NCBI GenBank assembly: GCA_964608645.1 | Contig: CAZSQK010000092.1 | Location: forward strand, 1-33,553 | Direction of reading: 5' to 3' | DNA: 33,553 nt | From: an uncultured Solibacteraceae bacterium | Lineage (GTDB): Bacteria; Acidobacteriota; Terriglobia; Bryobacterales; Bryobacteraceae | The notes under the pieces: model-generated | What the model was told of the DNA's origin: nothing | The model's input: only the letters and a program-made list of their open reading frames with translations | The model's database searches: none | Program-made: the position numbers and the translations under genes | Shown: positions 17,374-28,039 of the stretch, piece by piece | Numbering within the stretch: position 1 is the stretch's first letter | Layout of the letters: each line of letters starts with the position of its first letter

Positions 17374-17757
17374 TTACTGCGCGGCCGGTGGCGGAGGCGG
17401 CGCGGTCAGTGGCGTCACTTTGCCGTTGTGGCAGGTGTAGCAGGTCACGTATGTCTTCGTGGCCGCATCCGGAAACTTCCCGTTGATGTCCTTCACCATG
17501 GCGATCATCATGCGCGCGGTGGCCTTCTGCGGCTTCTCGTCGCTGGCGAAATCGCCCTGCACGTGGCAGTGCGTGCACATCACGCCCAGGCCGCGCGTGA
17601 AGCCCTGCATGGCCGCGCGCACTTCTTCGGGCTTGAGGATCTTTAGATTCTTCGGCGGCGGCGGGCCGGCCTTCTTGGGGGCGTCCTGCGGAGTTTGGGC
17701 GCAAAGCGGCAACAGCAGGAGCAAAAGCGAGATCGTGAGACGCATGGGTGCAATCAT
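17374..17757 (-). CDS. Dihaem c-type cytochrome (secreted), first gene of the cox cluster
   Basis: Start at MIAPMRLTISLLLLLLPLCAQ (signal peptide). The six-frame ORF extends further 5' without a signal peptide. Two CxxCH haem-binding motifs (CTHCH and CYTCH). ~125 aa. Confidence 0.75.
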   Translation of the reverse strand: MIAPMRLTISLLLLLLPLCAQTPQDAPKKAGPPPPKNLKILKPEEVRAAMQGFTRGLGVMCTHCHVQGDFASDEKPQKATARMMIAMVKDINGKFPDAATKTYVTCYTCHNGKVTPLTAPPPPPAAQ

Positions 17758-17821
17758 ATCCCCAGCCGGCGGCCCGCGGCAACCGAAAGGCGTTAAATTA
17801 TTGAGGTGGAACGTCGCATAC

Positions 17822-17850
17822 TTGACTGGCTTGTCCGGCGGGTATACGAT
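17822..17850 (+). promoter_or_regulatory. Candidate sigma70 promoter for the downstream TonB receptor
   Basis: -35 TTGACT (17822..17827), a 17-nt spacer, then -10 TACGAT (17845..17850), ~45 nt upstream of the ATG at 17898. Confidence 0.3.
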
Positions 17851-17897
17851 CAGCCCAAGAGCCGTTACCGTTAATTTTAGGCTAAAGGGGTTTGAAA

Positions 17898-20800
17898 ATG
17901 TCTCTACGTCGAGCCGGACTCTGGATGTGCGCCTTCCTGTTCCCGCTCCTGGCGCCGGCCCAGGAATTTCGCGGAACATTGAGCGGTCATGTCATCGATC
18001 CGCAGCAATCTTCCATTCCCAACGCTAAGATCCTCGCTGTCGAAAACGAGACAGGGGCGAAATTCCAGACTGTCAGCAACACGGACGGGACGTATGTCCT
18101 CCCGTTCCTGCCGCCCGGACCCTACACCGTCAGCGCCGAAGCGCCCGGCTTCAAGAAGTACGTCAACCGCAACATCCGCATCACCACCAACGAGCGCGAA
18201 CAAATCGACATTCACCTGGAAGTCGGCACGATCGATCAGTCGGTGACGGTCTCCGCCGAAGGGTCGATGCTCGAGACGGCTACAGCCTCTACTGGGCAGG
18301 TCATCAATACGCGGCAGATCGAGAATATGCCGATCAACGGCCGCGCCCCGCTGACCCTGGCGCAGTTGGCGTTCGGCGTGACGCCGAACTCGGACCCGAA
18401 ATTCTCCCGTCCGTTCGATAATGCCGGCCCGTCCGGATTTTCGATGGGCGGCGCCCCCAATCAGAGCAACGAGTTGCTGATCGACGGCTCGCCCGACACC
18501 ACGCGCAACTCGCGCGTGGCTTATAACCCTCCGCCCGACGCGGTGCAGGAGATCAAGGTCGAGACCTTCCAGTCGGACGCCGCCTACGGCCACACCGGCG
18601 GCGGCACCGTCAACGTCGTCATGCGCGGCGGCACCAACCAGATTCACGGCAGCGCCTACGAGTTCAACCAGATCAATAAATTCGCCGCCACTCCGTTCTT
18701 CACGAATAAGGCGGGCGGGAAAAAATCGGCGCTGATTTACAACCAGTGGGGATTGACCGCGGGCGGCCCTATTTGGATTCCGAAGGTGATCAAGGGTAAG
18801 GACAAACTGTTCTGGTTCTTCGGATACGAAGGCATCCACGACGCCCTGCCGGAAGCCAGCAATCAGACGGTTCCGACCGCGGCCGAGCGCGCCGGCGATT
18901 TCTCGGCGCTCCTGGCGATCGGCCCGCAGTATACGATTTACGATCCCTTGACCGGTGTCCAGAACGGCGCGCGTGTGCAGCGGACCGCGTTCCCGGGCAA
19001 CATCATTCCGAAGGACCGGTTAAGCCCGATCGCGCAGAACCTGCTGTCGTATGTGCCGCTGCCCAATCAGCCTGGCCTTCGCGATGGCGCGCAGAACTTT
19101 TACACCCCCGCAACCCGTTCCGATGTGTTCGACGGCGAACTCGGCCGCCTCGACTACAACATCAGCGACGTGCACAAGTTCTTCTATAGTTTCCGCCACA
19201 ATTACCGCGTCGAGAACCGCTCGAATCTGTACAGGAACATCGCCACCGGCAACTATCTGAACCGAATCAATTGGGGCTCCACCTTCGACGATGTCTACAC
19301 GCTGTCTCCCACCGCCGTCCTCAACGTGCGCGGCAACTGGACGCGGTTCAACGAGGCCAATGACAAGCCCAGCCTCGGGTTCGACCTCACCAAGGCCGGT
19401 TTCCCCGCTTACATGGCGGCAAGTTCCCAGCGTGCCGTGTTGCCGACGATCGACCTCAACCAGTTCACGGACTTCGGCACCGACGCCGGCGATCGCACCC
19501 CGTACGACACCTTCCAGCTCTTCGGCACCCTGACCAAGATCAAGGGCAACCACACCTTGAAGTTCGGGACCGACCTGCGGGAAGCGCGCGAGAGCTCCGC
19601 CAGCTATGGCAACTCCTCGGGAAGCTTCACCTTCCGCGAAGACTACACCCGCGGGCCGCTCGACAATTCCACGGCGGCCCCGCTCGGCCAGGATCTTGCA
19701 GCGTTCGTTCTCGGCTACCCGACGGGCGGGAACTTCCAGATCAATGCCTTCCGCACGCAACAGGCGAAATACTACGCCTTCTTCGCGCAGGACGATTTCC
19801 GGCCCCGCTCCAACCTCACGTTCAACCTCGGCCTCCGCTTCGAAGGTGACCGGGGGACGACGGAGCGCTTCAACCGCTCCGTGAACGGTTTCGATCCGAA
19901 GGCCGTGAACCCGGTCTCCGCCGCCGCCGAAGCCGCCTATGCCAAGAACCCCGTCACCGGCGGCGTCCCCCCCGGGCAGTTCTCCGCCAAGGGCGGACTG
20001 TTGTTCGCCGGACAGAATGGCAACGAGCTTTACAAGCCGAAGTACGGATACTTCAGCCCGCGTTTCGGTGTCGCATGGAGCCCTGCAGGCGCCGGCAAAG
20101 GCACCGTGGTTCGGGCCGGCTTTGGCGTTTTCGTCTCCTCGATCGGCACCCAGGGCGTCAATCAGCCGGGCTTCAGTTCCACCACCAACGTCCTCAGCTC
20201 CGGAACCACCGGCAACCTGCGCCCGGCGGTGACCCTGTCCAACCCCTTCCCCACCGGCATCACCCCTCCCACCGGTTCGGCTGCCGGATTAGGCACCTTC
20301 CTGGGACAGGGCATCACATTCTACAATCCGAACCCGCTCAACCCCTACTCGATCCGCTGGAACATCGACCTGCAGCGCCAGATCGGGAGTGGCATGGTCC
20401 TCGAGATCGGCTATACCGGCAACCACGCCGTCCATCTGCCCATCGACTACGACTTCAATGCGGTGCCGGCACAGTACTTCAGCACGTCGCCCTTCCGCGA
20501 CCAACCGATCATCGACCGCAACTCGGCGACCAACATCCCGAACCCGTTCTCCGGCCTGCTTCCCGGAACCAATCTGAGCGGCGCCACCGTCGGCTTCACG
20601 CAACTGGCGCGGCCATTCCCCCAGTTCACCGGCATTACCATGTCGGCCACCAACGCCGGCAGTTCCTATTTCCACGCGCTACAGACGCGGTTCGAAAAGC
20701 GTTTCGCGCAGGGCCTCCAGTTCCTCAGCAACTTCCAGTGGGGAAGAACCATCGCGCATGACAACTATTTGAATGCCGGCTTTGGCCCTCTCGAGAAGCG

Positions 20801-21350
20801 CCCGGCCGATATCGATCGTCCCTTCCGCTTCGTCACCAGCCTCAGCTACGAACTGCCCTTCGGCAAGGGCAAGCCGATCCTAGGCTCGCCCTCCGGCTTC
20901 GCGGCGGCAGTCCTCGATCGCATCGTCGGCGGCTGGAACATCAACGGCGTTTACTCGTTCGAAAGCGGCGGCCCCGCCGGCAACTGGGGCGACATCATCT
21001 ACCTCGGCGCCCCCCTCGACTGGACGCCGAACAATCCCGACCGCGCCTTTGACGTGACCGCATTCGACCGGGACACCAACCACCAGCTCAGCAATCACGT
21101 GCGGACGTTCCCGACCCGTTTCGCGGCGCTCCGCCTGCCTTCGACCAATAACGTGGACGCGTCTGTCATCAAGAACTTCCGCATCCATGAACGCCTGGGC
21201 ATTCAGTACCGCTGCGAGTTCTTCAACGCGCTCAACCATCCCGTTATGAACGGTCCGAACCTGTCGCCCACCTCATCGGCATTCGGCACCATCACCAGTG
21301 TGTACAACCAGGAGCGCCACATCCAGATGGCGCTGCGCGTGAGCTGGTAA
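17898..21350 (+). CDS. TonB-dependent outer-membrane receptor, acidobacterial type with N-terminal carboxypeptidase-regulatory-like domain
   Basis: 1150 aa from the ATG at 17898, which is preceded by AAAGGGG. The ORF tool starts at an in-frame TTG at 17892. Signal peptide MSLRRAGLWMCAFLFPLLAPAQE. GTLSGHVIDPQQSSIPNAKILAVENETGA…DGTYVLPFLPPGPYTVSAEAPGF. INGRAPLTLAQLAFG plug-like motif. C-terminal …MALRVSW. Confidence 0.85.
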   Translation: MSLRRAGLWMCAFLFPLLAPAQEFRGTLSGHVIDPQQSSIPNAKILAVENETGAKFQTVSNTDGTYVLPFLPPGPYTVSAEAPGFKKYVNRNIRITTNEREQIDIHLEVGTIDQSVTVSAEGSMLETATASTGQVINTRQIENMPINGRAPLTLAQLAFGVTPNSDPKFSRPFDNAGPSGFSMGGAPNQSNELLIDGSPDTTRNSRVAYNPPPDAVQEIKVETFQSDAAYGHTGGGTVNVVMRGGTNQIHGSAYEFNQINKFAATPFFTNKAGGKKSALIYNQWGLTAGGPIWIPKVIKGKDKLFWFFGYEGIHDALPEASNQTVPTAAERAGDFSALLAIGPQYTIYDPLTGVQNGARVQRTAFPGNIIPKDRLSPIAQNLLSYVPLPNQPGLRDGAQNFYTPATRSDVFDGELGRLDYNISDVHKFFYSFRHNYRVENRSNLYRNIATGNYLNRINWGSTFDDVYTLSPTAVLNVRGNWTRFNEANDKPSLGFDLTKAGFPAYMAASSQRAVLPTIDLNQFTDFGTDAGDRTPYDTFQLFGTLTKIKGNHTLKFGTDLREARESSASYGNSSGSFTFREDYTRGPLDNSTAAPLGQDLAAFVLGYPTGGNFQINAFRTQQAKYYAFFAQDDFRPRSNLTFNLGLRFEGDRGTTERFNRSVNGFDPKAVNPVSAAAEAAYAKNPVTGGVPPGQFSAKGGLLFAGQNGNELYKPKYGYFSPRFGVAWSPAGAGKGTVVRAGFGVFVSSIGTQGVNQPGFSSTTNVLSSGTTGNLRPAVTLSNPFPTGITPPTGSAAGLGTFLGQGITFYNPNPLNPYSIRWNIDLQRQIGSGMVLEIGYTGNHAVHLPIDYDFNAVPAQYFSTSPFRDQPIIDRNSATNIPNPFSGLLPGTNLSGATVGFTQLARPFPQFTGITMSATNAGSSYFHALQTRFEKRFAQGLQFLSNFQWGRTIAHDNYLNAGFGPLEKRPADIDRPFRFVTSLSYELPFGKGKPILGSPSGFAAAVLDRIVGGWNINGVYSFESGGPAGNWGDIIYLGAPLDWTPNNPDRAFDVTAFDRDTNHQLSNHVRTFPTRFAALRLPSTNNVDASVIKNFRIHERLGIQYRCEFFNALNHPVMNGPNLSPTSSAFGTITSVYNQERHIQMALRVSW

Positions 21351-21379
21351 CGTAATCCGCGCCGCGGCCCTGCTGTCTC

Positions 21380-21634
21380 TCAGGCGGCGAGCATCGCCGC
21401 GGCGCACACGCACACTGCGCATCCACCGGCGCGGAACGCCCATTGGACCGCCGTCGAAACAGGTTCCCAAACCGGCTCCGGAGGCGCCAGCCAGGCCTCG
21501 CCCCGCAGGCGCCACTCGAGCGTCTGCAGCACGACCATGAGCGAGCGTAACAGCCCGATAACCCCCGCCGGGTCCGCCACCATCGAGACCCCCAGAAACA
21601 ACATCGGAATCACCGTGAAGATCCTCGGCGTCAT
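21380..21634 (-). CDS. Possible small (84 aa) membrane protein downstream of the CDF transporter
   Basis: ORF with a hydrophobic N-terminal segment (IFTVIPMLFLGVSMVADPAGVIGLL). GC-rich with no motif. Could be spurious. Confidence 0.2.
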   Translation of the reverse strand: MTPRIFTVIPMLFLGVSMVADPAGVIGLLRSLMVVLQTLEWRLRGEAWLAPPEPVWEPVSTAVQWAFRAGGCAVCVCAAAMLAA

Positions 21635-21727
21635 AGGCCTAATCGTATCACCGAGACCCTGAGTGAGAGCATGCCCGTGCCCCGTCTCGAGCTCCGCCGC
21701 GTGTCGAAAACCGGCCGCCGGCGCGAC

Positions 21728-22588
21728 CTACGGCACCGGCTCCACGTGCACCAGCACGTCCGCCACCCAATCGAGCGTCTCGATAATCCGCAGCCGCACA
21801 TCGTGCGCGATCTCGTGCGACTGCCGGACCGTCATCTCCGGATCGACCTCCAGATGCAGGTCGACGTGGTACCTGAGACCCGTCTTGCGCGCGAAACACT
21901 TCTCGACACCCCTTGCCCCCGGCACGCTGGCGGCGGCGCTGCGGATCTGCCCCATCATCCGCTCCCCCGGCATCGTGTCGATGAGTTGCATGGCCGTGGC
22001 GTACGAGACGCGCACCCCAACCAGAATCACGATCAGGCCCACCACGAAACCGCCCCACCGGTCGGCATCGGAGAACCGGGCGGCATCGTATAGGGAGAGG
22101 CCGACCGCGCCCAACGCCAGGAGCGCCGAGACCGTGTCCATGGCGTCGTTCCACGCGTCCGCCACCAGGGAATCGCTGTTCAGCCGGCGCCCGTAGCGGA
22201 ATTTGAACGCGGCCAAAAGCGATTTCGCCACCAGCGACAACAGCAGCGGCCAGATCACCCAGAACGCCACCGGCGCGCGCGGACCGCCCAGGCGCGCGAT
22301 CGATCCGTAACAGATCAACGCCCCGCCCGCCGCCAGCCCGAGACCGATCACTAACCCAGTGAGCGTCTCGACTCGGCCGTGACCGTAAGGATGCTCCGCA
22401 TCGGGGGGCTTGGCGGCCAGAGTCAGGCCGAGCAGCACGAATCCCGAGGCGAATACGTCACTGCCGGATTCCAGGCCGTCCGCGACCACGGCCGTGGAGT
22501 GCCCCTGAATGCCGGCAATCAGCTTCACTAACGCCAGCGCGCCGCTCACGGCCATGCCTGTGATGGCGACGCGCTGCCCGGCCTGCAT
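21728..22588 (-). CDS. Cation diffusion facilitator (CDF) family metal efflux transporter (CzcD/FieF-like)
   Basis: 286 aa. 6-TM N-terminal domain with metal-site residues (HSTAVVADGLESGSDVF…HPYGHGRVETL) and a cytoplasmic C-terminal domain. Its ATG directly abuts the aceE stop (TAG-ATG). Confidence 0.85.
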   Translation of the reverse strand: MQAGQRVAITGMAVSGALALVKLIAGIQGHSTAVVADGLESGSDVFASGFVLLGLTLAAKPPDAEHPYGHGRVETLTGLVIGLGLAAGGALICYGSIARLGGPRAPVAFWVIWPLLLSLVAKSLLAAFKFRYGRRLNSDSLVADAWNDAMDTVSALLALGAVGLSLYDAARFSDADRWGGFVVGLIVILVGVRVSYATAMQLIDTMPGERMMGQIRSAAASVPGARGVEKCFARKTGLRYHVDLHLEVDPEMTVRQSHEIAHDVRLRIIETLDWVADVLVHVEPVP

Positions 22589-25264
<2,676 letters not shown>

Positions 25265-25409
25265 GGATATTTTTATTATAAAGGCAGATCGCGGAGTGCT
25301 GGACGGGCGCGTTCCTGCGGGTACAATGTGGTCATGATCCGCCAGCGATATGCTGGAAGTTGCAAGGCGGAGTTCTATCGTATAACAGTAATGTTTCGGG
25401 AGGATTCTC

Positions 25410-25628
25410 ATGGTCGAATGTCCAGTGTGCGACGGCAAGATCGACGTTGATGAAGAAGACGTCGACGAAGGCGACACCATCAGTTGCGATGAGTGCGGCG
25501 CGGCGCTGAAAGTCATCGGTACGGCTCCCTTGGAATTGGAATCGGCGGAAGAGGCCGAGGAAGAGGACGAGGACGAGGAAGGTTTCCTCGAGGAGGAAGA
25601 GGAAGAGGTGGACGAGGATTGGAAGTGA
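25410..25628 (+). CDS. LysW-family zinc-ribbon amino-group carrier-like protein with extended poly-acidic tail (ends EDWK)
   Basis: 72 aa. GGGAGGA Shine-Dalgarno 7 nt upstream. CPVC-x17-CDEC zinc ribbon, then ALKVIGTAPLELE (compare Thermus LysW …ELEVVGLDPLRLE…EDWGE). Very acidic tail EEAEEEDEDEEGFLEEEEEEVDEDWK. Confidence 0.7.
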   Translation: MVECPVCDGKIDVDEEDVDEGDTISCDECGAALKVIGTAPLELESAEEAEEEDEDEEGFLEEEEEEVDEDWK

Positions 25629-25687
25629 AGCAGCGGACGTGCGCAACGAAACCATGGGCCGCCGCGTCCAAGAGAGCGGAGGGTCAG

Positions 25688-26047
25688 ATGCGGAAAATGG
25701 TGGCAATAGCGGCGGCGGTCCTCCTGATCTCGGTGGCCGGGTCGTTCGCCCAGGAAAAGAAGAAGAAGGGCGAAGAGACCACCCGTTCCGTGCAGGGCGC
25801 AGTCTCCGCGGCTGACGACTCCGCCGTGGTCGGCGCGGTCGTGAAGTTGAAAAACACCAAAACCTTGCAAATCCGCTCCTTCATCACCAAGGAGAACGGA
25901 ACGTATTACTTCCACGAATTGAGCCCGGATGTCGACTACGAGCTGCAAGCCGACTACCAGGGCGCGTCGAGCGGGCCCAAGACGCTCAGCTCTTTCGATT
26001 CGCGGAAAAGCGCGACGATCAATCTGAAGCTGAATCCGAAAAAGTAA
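25688..26047 (+). CDS. Small secreted carboxypeptidase-regulatory-like (beta-sandwich) domain protein
   Basis: 119 aa from MRKMVAIAAAVLLISVAGSFAQ (signal peptide). Motif VVGAVVKLKN…ENGTYYFHELSPDVDYELQADYQG resembles the N-terminal domain of the two TonB receptors in this window. Confidence 0.6.
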   Translation: MRKMVAIAAAVLLISVAGSFAQEKKKKGEETTRSVQGAVSAADDSAVVGAVVKLKNTKTLQIRSFITKENGTYYFHELSPDVDYELQADYQGASSGPKTLSSFDSRKSATINLKLNPKK

Positions 26048-26128
26048 CCGTCCGACCACCGCGTTCAGAACGGGATCGGCGGCGGCATCCCGCCCGGGAG
26101 CGCCCATGCCGGCAGAATGGCGCGCAGT

Positions 26129-26446
26129 TCATTCTTTGCTGACCGACACGACTCCGTGGTCCACCAGCACCGCATCGCGCGGCCCGATCTTGCCGTAATC
26201 GCGCCCGTTGACTTCGAGCTGTTCGCCCTGAATGCGAATATCCGCGTCGCGGCAAGGCGTCCAGCGCCACACCGCGTTCGGCAACTGCTCCGGCTGCGGC
26301 ACGCTCGTGCGGTAGCAGTCGGTGACCACCACCTGGTGCGTCCCGACGGTGTGTTCGACCCGCCCCAGCAGGAGATTGTTCGAGTGGCTGCAACCGGCCA
26401 GCAGCGCCGCGGCGCAGGCGGCCCAGCTCTTCAGGCGAAGCGGCAT
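26129..26446 (-). CDS. Small lipoprotein (105 aa), hypothetical; downstream of and co-directional with the SPFH gene
   Basis: Start at MPLRLKSWAACAAALLAGCS, a lipobox L-A-G-C. AGGAG Shine-Dalgarno upstream. Two further Cys residues. Confidence 0.55.
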   Translation of the reverse strand: MPLRLKSWAACAAALLAGCSHSNNLLLGRVEHTVGTHQVVVTDCYRTSVPQPEQLPNAVWRWTPCRDADIRIQGEQLEVNGRDYGKIGPRDAVLVDHGVVSVSKE

Positions 26447-26499
26447 GCTCCTAACTGTAGTGTACTTTGCATGGAAAAGCAAGCCCCGGAGGGCGGATT

Positions 26500-27618
26500 T
26501 CACTCCGCCCGCAGGGTCACCGTGCGATCGAGCAGCGCGTTCAGACCTCCGACCACGGTGATCTTCTCCACCTTATCGGCGATCTTCTCCAGCGTCTCGA
26601 GCTCCTTCAGGCGCACCAGCAGAGGATTATCCTCCATCAGCTTCGCCGTGTTGAGCAGCGACCGCGTGGCGGCGGTCTCCTCGCGGCGGCGGATCAGGTT
26701 CGCCTGCGCCTGCTTCTCCGCCGTCACCACCTGGTTCAGGATCTCCCGGATGTCTCCGGGCAGGATGACGTCCTTGAGGGCAATCGCCCCCACCCGCACG
26801 CCATACGCCTCCATCTCGCGGCGCACTTCCGCCGACACCGCTTCGTCGATGTCCGCCTTCTCCGCGAGAGCCTCTTCCAGTGTCCGCTTGCCGAGCGTCT
26901 GCCGCACCGCGATCTGCACGGCGCGGTACAGGTGCTCGTTCACGTCCTTCACGCCCGACCGGGCGAGAACCACGTTCACGACTTCGTACACCGCCGAAAC
27001 GTTCACCCGGACGGTGACTTTGTCCTTGGTCAGAATCTCCTGACCGGACACCTCGACCGTCTGGCGGCGCAGCTCGATCACCTCGACGCGCGGCGCCGTG
27101 ACCGCGCTCCAGAAGCCGTACGCTCCCGGCCCCAGCTCGCGGACGACGCGCCCGTCGATGTGCAGCAGCCCGCGCTTTCCTTCGTCCACCACGGCGAAGG
27201 CCGCCAGCGACTCCCGGCCCAGACGCGCCAGCGGCGCCAGCAGCCGCTGCGCAATTTCCGGCTCGGCCCGCGCATCGACGATCTCGAAGGAGATATCGAC
27301 GGGACCGCGCCAGAAGATCGCGCGCGTCCCCGGCCCGATGACCCGCGACAGGCGGCCATCCAGCCACACGAGGGCCACCTGCGAGTCATTGGTCTCCACG
27401 ACCGCGAAGTAGCGCGCGGCCAGCTCCGGCCGCTGCTTGAGAATGAAGTCCGCCCACTCCGTCGACACGGCGAGCGCGCGGACGTTGTGGCGCTCCAGCA
27501 CCACGCCGCGGCCCAGCGTGAACATCCAATGCTCTCCAGGCGGGAGAATCTCGGCGAAGCGCTGGTTGCGGATGAGCAGAACGCGCTCGTTGTCGCCGAC
27601 TAATACACGGCGGAACAT
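26500..27618 (-). CDS. SPFH/band-7 (stomatin/slipin-like) domain protein, no obvious TM anchor
   Basis: 372 aa. AAGGAGG Shine-Dalgarno 8 nt upstream. C-terminal half is a canonical SPFH core (GQEILTKDKVTVRVNVSAVYEVVNV…TLGKRTLEEALAEKADIDEAV…VGAIALKDVILPGDI) with a coiled-coil tail. The N-terminal ~150 aa look like a degenerate duplicated SPFH beta-domain. Confidence 0.8.
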   Translation of the reverse strand: MFRRVLVGDNERVLLIRNQRFAEILPPGEHWMFTLGRGVVLERHNVRALAVSTEWADFILKQRPELAARYFAVVETNDSQVALVWLDGRLSRVIGPGTRAIFWRGPVDISFEIVDARAEPEIAQRLLAPLARLGRESLAAFAVVDEGKRGLLHIDGRVVRELGPGAYGFWSAVTAPRVEVIELRRQTVEVSGQEILTKDKVTVRVNVSAVYEVVNVVLARSGVKDVNEHLYRAVQIAVRQTLGKRTLEEALAEKADIDEAVSAEVRREMEAYGVRVGAIALKDVILPGDIREILNQVVTAEKQAQANLIRRREETAATRSLLNTAKLMEDNPLLVRLKELETLEKIADKVEKITVVGGLNALLDRTVTLRAE

Positions 27619-27854
27619 GATGACATTACCTCCTTGGTTCGGACTTACGGTTGAATGAGCTCCTCAGGCCTCGCCCCGCGACTTCGCCGCGGGCCCTCCC
27701 AGAGCAAGCCGAGAGCACAGCAACCTTCACCGTGCGCGCACAGCCGGCAGTTTCAGAAGGGGCACAGAGCGGCGCATTCGCCGCCGCGGACCGCCGAAGC
27801 GGTTGCGGCCGGGAACGAAGCCTGATTCGCTCGGGTTAATGCTGCTTTACAGGC

Positions 27855-27927
27855 AGCGGATAGCGGGAATCGAACCCGCAACCAATAGCCCATCGGGCCG
27901 TCGCTCTACCCATTGAGCTATATCCAG
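27855..27927 (-). tRNA. tRNA-like gene, 73 nt, anticodon GAU (Ile) by position but non-canonical anticodon arm; possible pseudo-tRNA
   Basis: Minus-strand sequence CUGGAUAUAGCUCAAUGGGUAGAGCGACGGCCCGAUGGGCUAUUGGUUGCGGGUUCGAUUCCCGCUAUCCGCU. Acceptor stem pairs 6/7 (C1·C72 mismatch, U2·G71). Good D-arm (GCUC-AAUGGGUA-GAGC). Perfect T-arm (GCGGG-UUCGAUU-CCCGC). The anticodon stem ACGGC/GCUAU has one mismatch, and the loop CCGAUGG lacks the universal U33. CCA is not encoded. Confidence 0.55.
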
Positions 27928-28039
27928 GTGGGAGCGGAAGGAGCCGGTCATCGCCGGCATGCGGTTCCTCAGCGAGGCCGCACCAGCGAGATATCTTGAA
28001 TCTCGGCTATAGGCGATCATCGGTTTTTTCCTCCAGCTC

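Noticed and set aside
17892-17897. TTG start for the second TonB receptor as given by the ORF track
   Set aside because: The in-frame ATG two codons downstream (17898) has AAAGGGG at an appropriate distance and gives a normal signal peptide.
25493-25687. GRGRGRGRGR-containing start of ORF 25493..26047
   Set aside because: Out-of-frame reading of the LysW-like acidic-tail codons. The real downstream gene starts at MRKMVAIAAAV (25688) with a signal peptide.
25265-26107. N-terminal 281-codon extension of the aceE ORF containing poly-Ser/Thr tracts
   Set aside because: The poly-Ser is the antisense reading of the GAG/GAA-rich acidic tail of the LysW-like gene on the plus strand. The AceE homology begins exactly at MHQKLNERV (25264).
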